Assembly (NCBI GenBank): GCA_965228485.1
Contig: OZ245819.1
Span: forward strand, 480,001-512,000
From: Candidatus Saccharimonadota bacterium
GTDB taxonomy: Bacteria; Patescibacteriota; Gracilibacteria; UBA4473
Reading direction: 5' to 3'
DNA length: 32,000 nucleotides
Within the stretch, counting starts at the first letter, position 1. Each line of letters starts with the position of its first letter. The position numbers and the translations under genes were made by a program. Positions 25,378 to 32,000 of the stretch are shown here, piece after piece. The notes under the pieces are model-generated. The model was not told where the DNA came from and did no database searches. It was given only the letters and a program-made list of their open reading frames with translations.

Positions 25378-25402
25378 CAAAAAACAACTCTTCTTTTAAA
25401 AA

Positions 25403-27346
25403 ATGAAAAAAAACATCTTCACTTTCGGCTTACTTTTTTTTGTATTCTCCATCTCTAATGTCCAGGCGGAGGAGCAGAAGATGTCGCCAGAAGAGAAGTG
25501 TTTCCAGCACCTAAGCCAAACCATCGATAAAGGAGAAATATTCCCCAATATCAACCTAAAAGCCGTCACCAAGATTAATGATTGGGATGGTGAAGTAGTA
25601 GAGTCTCAACAATTCTCACTCGATACTTATGGGGGGTTCAAAAGCATCGCTGAAACTCCAATCCCAGGTTTTGGACAGGACATCTACTATTTTCCTAATG
25701 GAATAGAGAAAACGGCTCCCCAGTACCTAATTACACCAGAAATTCATAAGGCGAACCGAAATGGGACTACTGGAATTGTTAAATATAAAAACAATACCGA
25801 AACCTCCATTGGGAATGTTGATGATGATCCTCAAGAAGAAATTATTAAGGGCTATTTCCTCGATACACAATATGCTACTTTTGGCCGTAAAAGTGATCTA
25901 AAATTCTCGTTTCCAAGCCGAGATCGCAATACCGATCCTGCCTATGACTATCCAACTGGACCTCCGTACAAAGATATTCGTGAATATGTCTTATTCGCCT
26001 CTCATCTCAATCCAGATCATGGTGGAGATCTGCTTAGTTGTGGACTCGTCCTCGTTGAACCTCAGGGAGACTATGTACTCACGGCTCAAGATAATACGCA
26101 AAAATCAATTACCTGGGAAAACTATGGGCATGATAAACAGGGCACTCTAAATATTGCCACCGAATTGGTGGGAGACGATTTCCGAAGGGTAAATGCTGAT
26201 TTTCTAGTCGCTGCCAAAGAGAAAAATGCTGAAGGTGGTGGTTTTAATTACGACAATGATCTGGTGAAGTTTACCCTCCTATTTTTTACCTATGACAATG
26301 ACAGCGATTTCATGAATGAATTTGAAACGATCGAGGTATTTTCGGAAATTCTTAATGATCCAGAAAACAAAGATTTGTCCTTTCACAAACTCTACAAAAA
26401 GTTCTATCAGACACTCATCGATAGATTTGATTTTGGAGTTATGGGTGAAGGCGAAACAGGAAAAGACGGAGAAGCTTTTTTCTATGACGGAGTAGAATTC
26501 AGCACTATTGAAAAAATTGGAACGATTGAAGACAAGACTCTTCGGGATATGATCCATTCATCCATCGTCCCAGGATATGCCGATCGTTTTCTACACATTC
26601 CACACGAAGACGATCTCAAAAACGATTTCGAGAAGGCCTATGTTGAGTATCCTCTCAACTATCAAGAAAGGCTCGAAAATGTAGAACACTTAATCGAAAA
26701 CAGTGGAAATCTGGCAAATCTCAGTCCAGATGAGTTGGAATACAAGGATATAATCTATGGTGAGGCAGTGATTCCTATCGCCGATAAAAGAATCCGAGAT
26801 ATTGTTTCTCAAGACTATCTCACTGAAGAATTCGAACAAATCGAAGCCGATAAAGACGCACAATTAGAGGCTATAACGATTACCGACGACATGAGTATTC
26901 CTGAGCAGCAAGAGGCCTATATGAAACAGAATAAAATTGAACGGGAGTTTGAAGCCGATCTTACAACTCTAATGGCACTTGAAGATGAATTTAAAAAATT
27001 CAAAGTTGATTTTGCTGATATTGAAAATAAGTTTGAACATCAACGAATCAATGAGAGTGAATATGAAGCCGAAAGAAAGGCACTACTAAATGATTTCAAC
27101 AACCTGGTAAAAACCGGAAAACTTGCGGACAACATTTCCGCTGAACGAATCGACAAACTCTCTCAATCGCTTACCAGTCACTACGATAAGATTGATCACA
27201 ACCAAAGACTTAATAGTAATCCTGAATCGGAAATTACTGAAAACACGGCACAAGTTGTTATCTTTAAAGTCGTCGCTCTAATACTCTTTGTACTTGCAAT
27301 TATTTTTGCACTCCTCGCCACGAAAACGAAGAAGAAAATTTATTAA
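25403..27346 (+). CDS. large type-I membrane / surface protein, unknown function
   Basis: 647 aa. Signal peptide MKKNIFTFGLLFFVFSISNVQA, a coiled-coil-like acidic region near the C-terminus, then the TM anchor VVIFKVVALILFVLAIIFALLA and KTKKKIY. Confidence 0.75.
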   Translation: MKKNIFTFGLLFFVFSISNVQAEEQKMSPEEKCFQHLSQTIDKGEIFPNINLKAVTKINDWDGEVVESQQFSLDTYGGFKSIAETPIPGFGQDIYYFPNGIEKTAPQYLITPEIHKANRNGTTGIVKYKNNTETSIGNVDDDPQEEIIKGYFLDTQYATFGRKSDLKFSFPSRDRNTDPAYDYPTGPPYKDIREYVLFASHLNPDHGGDLLSCGLVLVEPQGDYVLTAQDNTQKSITWENYGHDKQGTLNIATELVGDDFRRVNADFLVAAKEKNAEGGGFNYDNDLVKFTLLFFTYDNDSDFMNEFETIEVFSEILNDPENKDLSFHKLYKKFYQTLIDRFDFGVMGEGETGKDGEAFFYDGVEFSTIEKIGTIEDKTLRDMIHSSIVPGYADRFLHIPHEDDLKNDFEKAYVEYPLNYQERLENVEHLIENSGNLANLSPDELEYKDIIYGEAVIPIADKRIRDIVSQDYLTEEFEQIEADKDAQLEAITITDDMSIPEQQEAYMKQNKIEREFEADLTTLMALEDEFKKFKVDFADIENKFEHQRINESEYEAERKALLNDFNNLVKTGKLADNISAERIDKLSQSLTSHYDKIDHNQRLNSNPESEITENTAQVVIFKVVALILFVLAIIFALLATKTKKKIY

Positions 27347-28410
27347 TTTTGTATAAAACTCTGATAAAACGATTTGAATTCATCAAATCTTATCTCAGAT
27401 ATCATCGTCCTAAGATCGACTCGTTTCGGGTCGATCTTATAGGTTGGAGATTGATATTCATGTCCGTGAAGCCCCTCAACCAACTCGGACATTTTTTCCA
27501 TATGCTTATGATTTTTAGGAAAATATATTTCTTCTAAAAATCTGAGATACGCATGTTTAGCTTTAGCAAAATCTTCTTTCGTTACTACATAGTTTTTTAC
27601 CTTTTTGGCGAGCAAGTGTGGATATTCGATAGGGTCAGTCCAGATATACATCTGATCCTGATGATACTCAAAGAAAAATTTAGATTTAAAAACTCGATCC
27701 CATAACTCTATCAAAAGCAATTCATAAACATGACTCCCTTGTAGCTCAATCTTAACTCCCCATCGTTCTGGATGATTAAATTCCTTAAATGTCTTTGGCG
27801 GAGAATAATCTGTTTTCACCTCAAATTTTGGATGGTTATCACAAACTTGAGCACAGGCTAAAACCTCATCAGACAACATTTCTCCACAAACAATAAGATA
27901 AGGTTTTTTGGCTTTCCAAATATTTTCAACCAAATCAACATCATCGATATTCAGCTGATCAATAAGGTCTGGGTTTGGATGAACTACATTTTCGTTTTTA
28001 AAGAGCTCTCGTAGAACTTGATCTTCTTTTTTATCTCTTTCAGTAGTCCAAAAATTCTGGAGAGATTTTATTTCTTTGACCGCAAATTCTCGATCAATTT
28101 CCCGAGGCTTCAAGAGAGTTTCTAAAAAAGGTATAAAGTTCTCTACCTGGTCGGCTGAGAGCGTAAAATTCAAACGAATCGACTCAAAGGAGGTAATCGT
28201 CCAAAAATCGAGCGTATTTTCCCAAAGCCATTCATCGGGGTCTTCTACCTTTTTTGTTGGAGAAAAAAGTAAATGCTCCAATAAAAAATGATGTCCTTTA
28301 TTAGACTCTATATCAAGATTCCATCCTCCTGGGAAAATCACCTGAATATTGATCAGGTTTTGGTTTTTTAAAAGCTCAGGATAATAAAACATTATCCAAA
28401 TTATCGACAA
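27343..28410 (-). CDS. peptidase M16 (pitrilysin)-like protein with atypical zinc motif
   Basis: 355 aa. INIQVIFPGGWNLDIESNKGHHFLLEHLLF parallels the M16 N-terminal pattern (G.aHflEH..F), but reads H-F-L-L-E-H, one residue longer than HxxEH. Confidence 0.5.
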   Translation of the reverse strand: MSIIWIMFYYPELLKNQNLINIQVIFPGGWNLDIESNKGHHFLLEHLLFSPTKKVEDPDEWLWENTLDFWTITSFESIRLNFTLSADQVENFIPFLETLLKPREIDREFAVKEIKSLQNFWTTERDKKEDQVLRELFKNENVVHPNPDLIDQLNIDDVDLVENIWKAKKPYLIVCGEMLSDEVLACAQVCDNHPKFEVKTDYSPPKTFKEFNHPERWGVKIELQGSHVYELLLIELWDRVFKSKFFFEYHQDQMYIWTDPIEYPHLLAKKVKNYVVTKEDFAKAKHAYLRFLEEIYFPKNHKHMEKMSELVEGLHGHEYQSPTYKIDPKRVDLRTMISEIRFDEFKSFYQSFIQN

Positions 28411-28435
28411 AAAAATTCAAATGATCAACTCGGGA

Positions 28436-31318
28436 TTATCGTTTTATCCGAATATATTTTCCACTCTTATTAATTCCCGCTTTTCTCTGGCTGATTCTGT
28501 TTGAGCTTGTACTTTTGAAAGTCCCTTTCAGGTTATTAAGCGTACTCTGTAAACGATACTCTCCTCGAGCATCATCGGCAACTTCAGCAATTCTCTGTTC
28601 TGGCCAATCATGAAAAATTATCCCTTCAATTCCTTTTTGTAATTTTTTTGGTTCGGTATCTCGAGCAATAGCGGCTTGTCTTGAACGCCAAAGTCGACGT
28701 TTTTCATTCAAAACCATCGGATTTTCATGTTGAATACGACTTAAGTTTGTCGCTGATCGAGTAAGTCTTCGCCTCAAACTTTCGATTCTTAACTGAGTGG
28801 CACTTTTCTTTCGTGCGGTCCAAGTTTTATCATGAAATTCGTCGGTTTCATTTGGAGTAAAAGATTGAAATGAACTTTTTTTCTTTAGGTTCGACAAACT
28901 TACACTTCCTCCACCTCCACCTTTTTTAACCCGATTATCATTGGTGATAAAAAAATCTTTAGTCCCTTCCAGAGTTACGACATTCCCTGCATCATCAGTA
29001 ATTAAGAATTCAAAACTTCTAAAATTTCGTGCCAAAAGACCTGGAACCACCGTAACATCTCCTATCCACGTGGTTGAACCTCCAACCAATGATAAAGAAG
29101 TAAAAATTGAAGCTTCTGGAAGTTTTGCCTGTACATCTGTTAAATCCGTAGCAAATAAAGAGACTTTAGCATCTACTATATCATTTGGATGAAGCTCCTG
29201 ATCGGGAGTAGAAAACTCGTTAGCAAAAGATTTATCTTCCAGCTCTACCGAAGATAAAAGATCATTATCTATATCGAAAGTTCCTGTCGAAAACCCTGTC
29301 TCATTCCCATTTACATCAATAATGGTAATAGGAAGAGAATAGGCACTATTATCAACACTCCCTTCGGCAACATTAATCACTAACGAAGCCCCCGTGGCAT
29401 CTTGCTCTGTTAGCTGATCGGCTACATTGCTCGAAATAGTGCTAAAATCGATGGTAAATTTATCTAGATCACAGCCTGGCAGTCCACTATCTGGAAAGAG
29501 AAAAGTCACCGTATCCGCTCCCCCATTGGTAACATCAGCAATCCCATTTGCGTCTCCAATATCATTAACCGTAAAGGTCGCTCCACAAGAAGTATCAAAA
29601 TCTGGAAGCTTATTATCTATCTGCAAAGAATTCGTTGTAAAATTAGCCGTATTGTCAGCTTTATCAAAAACGGTAAATCCTTCTGAATAGGCTACATCAT
29701 TCAGAGCTCCTGCGGTAATAGCAAAGTTTTGAACGGTACTAATTTCTTCAAAATTAGCCGATGCCCCACCTAGTTCAGAAAGATCAATAGAAAAACGAGT
29801 CGTCTCACCAATGGCAACATTATCATCCACTGGAACCGTTAACTCAATAGTATCTCCAATTGTTCCTGGAACCGGGGCTCCAGTTATGGCTAAAATATTT
29901 ACATCACTTACGACTGGACGAATCAAATCGATTCCCACAGGATTCGTTGAAAATGGCCCCGTAGTATTCCCTACGTTATCAGTAAAGATAATGTTTTTAT
30001 TGTATCCGTTATCATCAATAGCTACTTCTTGTAGTGTTATAGATTGAGTCGCCATCGGTTCATCTACAAAATTAAAAGAAGTCCCCGCTATATCTTGAAA
30101 ATCTGCCGTAAAGAAGACCGTATCTCCGGTGGTTTCTGTTGGCATATTAAGCGTGATGATATCATCAATCCCTGCAAAAGTTTTTCCCTCTGGAAGAGTG
30201 ACAAAAGTAAAGTCTGTAAAATCTAATCCTGGTGGTTGATTATCGATATTAAACAACTTACTCGTAATCGTTCTGGTTACGGTTGCGGTAGAATAAGTCA
30301 TTGTAATTGGAACGGACTGACTTCCATCGTCGTCATCGGCCACAATAACAAAACTATCTACTCCTGGAACAAAGGCTGCAGGTCCGACAATACTAGATAA
30401 ATCGATTGAGAAAGTCCCTCGTGAAGAAAAATCAAACGGTGCAAAACTGGCAGTCATCGTATCACCAATTCTGAATATATCTGAGTCATCTCCAGCTGTT
30501 GACCCCAAAAAGTTCAATTTAGCTGAATAGTCAGTGGTATCCACAATAAAAGTCTCAGCAGTATCGGTAGATCCCTGAAAATCAACTTCTAACTGTCGGG
30601 TTTCAATAAACTCTCCTTTTTCCGTAAAGTTCTTTCCAAATACTCCAATATTTTGAACTCTTAAGGTTCCGCTTCCAGACAAAAGAAACGTAATCTGACT
30701 AGATGAAACCGTAAGATTTGAAACCGTAAAATTTCCACTGGCTACAACTAAATTTGGAACATCAGAAGAAAACTCCAACGCTGCCTGAGGAATAAAATTC
30801 AGAACAATATCATTAAGATTCCCATCACTGCTGATGGTAAAATCTTCAGTAGAGGTCATATCTATTCGATCACTGGCATCATCGAACGTAGCCGTAATGC
30901 CCGTAATTCCATCAAGAAAAGACTCAAGATCACCAACGGTTGTTGTAGCGGTAATACTGAGGGTCGTTTCGGTTGGCACACTATCGGTAACCGTGATGGT
31001 GTCTCCATCAGTAAAATCATTTAGCGTATCTAGAATTGTCGTATTATCGACGACGACTCCAAAACTAATCACGCCAATCCCTGGTTGCTGAAACGCGGCC
31101 CCATCATCAAAACCAATAACTACCGGCTCAGCCAGAACTGGTGCCGCTTGAGTAAGTAGTATCTCATCAAGAAGTATCTTATTATCGTTATCTACATTTG
31201 TTACCTGGATTAACTGAGACCCTCCTCCTGTCACTGTATCAAAAGCCCATACCGTCGGTCCCACAAAGGCACAACCAACCATAAATACTAATCCCCCTAA
31301 AATTTTTCGTAAAAACAT
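28436..31318 (-). CDS. giant secreted surface protein with >=5 Ig-like repeats and a polybasic C-terminal tail
   Basis: 960 aa. The signal peptide is MFLRKILGGLVFMVGCAFVGPTVWA. Roughly 85-90-aa repeats span residues ~285-795 (28934-30466), each ending in a D-x-(A/V)GN...(I/F)D-N motif. After a G5 linker comes a 165-aa Lys/Arg-rich tail (28439-28933). Confidence 0.8.
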   Translation of the reverse strand: MFLRKILGGLVFMVGCAFVGPTVWAFDTVTGGGSQLIQVTNVDNDNKILLDEILLTQAAPVLAEPVVIGFDDGAAFQQPGIGVISFGVVVDNTTILDTLNDFTDGDTITVTDSVPTETTLSITATTTVGDLESFLDGITGITATFDDASDRIDMTSTEDFTISSDGNLNDIVLNFIPQAALEFSSDVPNLVVASGNFTVSNLTVSSSQITFLLSGSGTLRVQNIGVFGKNFTEKGEFIETRQLEVDFQGSTDTAETFIVDTTDYSAKLNFLGSTAGDDSDIFRIGDTMTASFAPFDFSSRGTFSIDLSSIVGPAAFVPGVDSFVIVADDDDGSQSVPITMTYSTATVTRTITSKLFNIDNQPPGLDFTDFTFVTLPEGKTFAGIDDIITLNMPTETTGDTVFFTADFQDIAGTSFNFVDEPMATQSITLQEVAIDDNGYNKNIIFTDNVGNTTGPFSTNPVGIDLIRPVVSDVNILAITGAPVPGTIGDTIELTVPVDDNVAIGETTRFSIDLSELGGASANFEEISTVQNFAITAGALNDVAYSEGFTVFDKADNTANFTTNSLQIDNKLPDFDTSCGATFTVNDIGDANGIADVTNGGADTVTFLFPDSGLPGCDLDKFTIDFSTISSNVADQLTEQDATGASLVINVAEGSVDNSAYSLPITIIDVNGNETGFSTGTFDIDNDLLSSVELEDKSFANEFSTPDQELHPNDIVDAKVSLFATDLTDVQAKLPEASIFTSLSLVGGSTTWIGDVTVVPGLLARNFRSFEFLITDDAGNVVTLEGTKDFFITNDNRVKKGGGGGSVSLSNLKKKSSFQSFTPNETDEFHDKTWTARKKSATQLRIESLRRRLTRSATNLSRIQHENPMVLNEKRRLWRSRQAAIARDTEPKKLQKGIEGIIFHDWPEQRIAEVADDARGEYRLQSTLNNLKGTFKSTSSNRISQRKAGINKSGKYIRIKR

Positions 31319-31324
31319 CCGATT

Positions 31325-31353
31325 ATTATACCAGAAAAAGCTAAAAAAATAAA
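31325..31353 (-). promoter_or_regulatory. extended -10 promoter placed for a leaderless transcript of the 960-aa gene
   Basis: Minus strand: TGgTATAAT, with the TATAAT at 31330-31325. Only 6 nt (aatcgg) separate it from ATG 31318. The -35 (TTTATT, 31353-31348) is weak. Confidence 0.45.
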
Positions 31354-31354
31354 G

Positions 31355-31380
31355 CCAAAAAACCTGATGTAGATCAGGTT
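31355..31380 (-). terminator. rho-independent terminator after the upstream surface-protein gene
   Basis: Perfect 8-bp stem aacctgat / atcaggtt (31361-31368 / 31373-31380) with a 4-nt loop. A T-run follows on the minus strand. It lies 28 nt past the stop at 31408. Confidence 0.65.
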
Positions 31381-31407
31381 TTCAAGGGCGTTTTAAATAT
31401 AAAAATA

Positions 31408-32000
31408 TTAGTCTCGACGATTCACAAAATAATTGGTTGGCAATCCCCCAAGTAAATAACCCGAAAACCAATCACTCGAAGTTTGCGTGTGAGGTCGTCC
31501 AGAATGATCTGACCAAATAAAATTGTAATTACTCGATCGAACCGATGAAAGGGGCCCCTTTCCAAGAGATCCATCTCCCAAAATTTTTACCGCTACTGAA
31601 TCGCTACTACTAGTTGACCCTGTATTATTGAGCTTCAACATAAGAGAAAATTCACGTGTTTGATTTCGATCAATGTAAACTTCAGAATTTGCATCAAAGA
31701 CAATCTTATTCCCGCTTGCGGAAGTGACATTAAAGAGGTTATTGTTAATCACATTTCCGTTATGTACCATCATTAAGGCTGCATCATCAGTACTGAGTCC
31801 TCCTGGAAACTCTAGTCCATTGAGAATAGCTTCAAGAGAAATTCTTCCAATCGATAAATCTCCACCTCCACTATTACCAATTCTAAACCGAGCTACTTCT
31901 GATAAACTTCCAGTTGGAACTAACTCTGGCTGTACCGAAGAAAAGGCTACTCCCCCTCCTGCAGGAGTTCCCCCTTGAGTAACGGTGAAAGTATGAGGAT
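31408..32000 (-). CDS. C-terminal part of a large surface/hypothetical protein (partial; 5' end beyond window)
   Basis: The track shows only 31408..31773 from an internal Met. I translated upstream to nt 32000 with no stop (..PHTFTVTQGGTPAGGGVAFSSVQPELVPTGSLSEVARFRIGNSGGGDLSIGRISLEAILNGLEFPGGLSTDDAALMMVHNG..). Ser/Asn/Gly-rich and beta-like. Confidence 0.7.
   Translation of the reverse strand, partial: PHTFTVTQGGTPAGGGVAFSSVQPELVPTGSLSEVARFRIGNSGGGDLSIGRISLEAILNGLEFPGGLSTDDAALMMVHNGNVINNNLFNVTSASGNKIVFDANSEVYIDRNQTREFSLMLKLNNTGSTSSSDSVAVKILGDGSLGKGPLSSVRSSNYNFIWSDHSGRPHTQTSSDWFSGYLLGGLPTNYFVNRRD

Noticed and set aside
1087-31978. Many 60-140-aa ORFs in the track lie nested in or antisense to larger genes, e.g. 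1087..1269, 2193..2540, 3403..3618, 4522..4740, 5528..5764, 7667..8089, 10158..10428, 16030..16341, 17941..18251, 22208..22537, 23203..23433, 23710..23946, 29427..29690, 30834..31091 and 31724..31978.
   Set aside because: Each lies entirely inside, or antisense to, a longer ORF with clear homology or coherent protein features. Their sequences are low-complexity mirror images (Ser/Pro/Arg- or Phe/Leu/Ile-rich) with no motifs, so I treat them as non-coding.
1-32000. Alternative genetic code (UGA read as Gly or Trp, tables 25/4), suggested by the absence of TGA stops and the CPR-like gene content.
   Set aside because: Conserved enzymes (AhcY, HMGR, thiolase, DapA, L27 and others) are full length and uninterrupted under the standard code. 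No gene looks split at a TGA. The TGA avoidance is kept as a finding, but recoding itself is not supported in this window.
1-32000. CRISPR arrays, tRNA/rRNA genes, IS elements or integrases, toxin-antitoxin pairs and known defence systems.
   Set aside because: I scanned all intergenic regions longer than 60 nt and the ORF set. I found no direct-repeat/spacer periodicity, no T-loop-like GGTTCGAATCC-type sequences, no transposase or recombinase motifs and no recognisable defence domains.

Overview
This is an AT-rich, very gene-dense bacterial window. I call 32 protein-coding genes, two of them partial at the edges, and many are joined by 1-14 nt overlaps. I saw no rRNA, tRNA, CRISPR array, transposase or recognisable defence gene. 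The gene content suggests a Patescibacteria/CPR-like, possibly Peregrinibacteria-like, genome: archaeal-type mevalonate genes, a type IV pilin-like protein, an SLH-domain protein, many large uncharacterised envelope proteins and no Shine-Dalgarno sequences. That taxonomic call is inference only. Layout: (1) 1-2079 holds a hypothetical gene, a short YjbQ-like gene and a secreted Cys-rich protein. (2) 2177-8860 is a complete mevalonate cluster: HMG-CoA synthase, thiolase, a DUF35-like OB protein, type-1 IDI, an MVD-family decarboxylase, isopentenyl phosphate kinase, mevalonate kinase and class-I HMG-CoA reductase, with no phosphomevalonate kinase. (3) 8857-10421 holds a pilin-like gene, uppS and rpmA. 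(4) 10522-12507 is a locally G+C-richer block with a probably frameshifted small gene and a signal-less PF11860-type muramidase. (5) 12504-16627 holds a P-loop kinase, ahcY, a Cys-rich lipoprotein and a PfkB kinase. (6) 16669-21497 holds an HExxH protein, an SLH protein, an AroK-PurN fusion and dapA, plus two copies of a ~270-300 nt noncoding repeat. (7) 21687-24617 is a G+C-richer two-gene operon of unknown function. (8) 24618-25116 is a 500-nt noncoding region with divergent promoters. (9) 25117-32000 is an island of uncharacterised envelope proteins. I did not find a clear-cut new multi-gene system with recognisable enzymatic parts. The best candidates for something undescribed are: the conserved, hairpin-rich intergenic repeat; the complete absence of TGA stops (0 of 31); the mevalonate cluster that fits the isopentenyl-phosphate route and carries a zinc-ribbon-less DUF35 protein; the AroK-PurN fusion; and the signal-less acidic proteins (the muramidase and the GLGL-repeat protein), which could be exported effectors.
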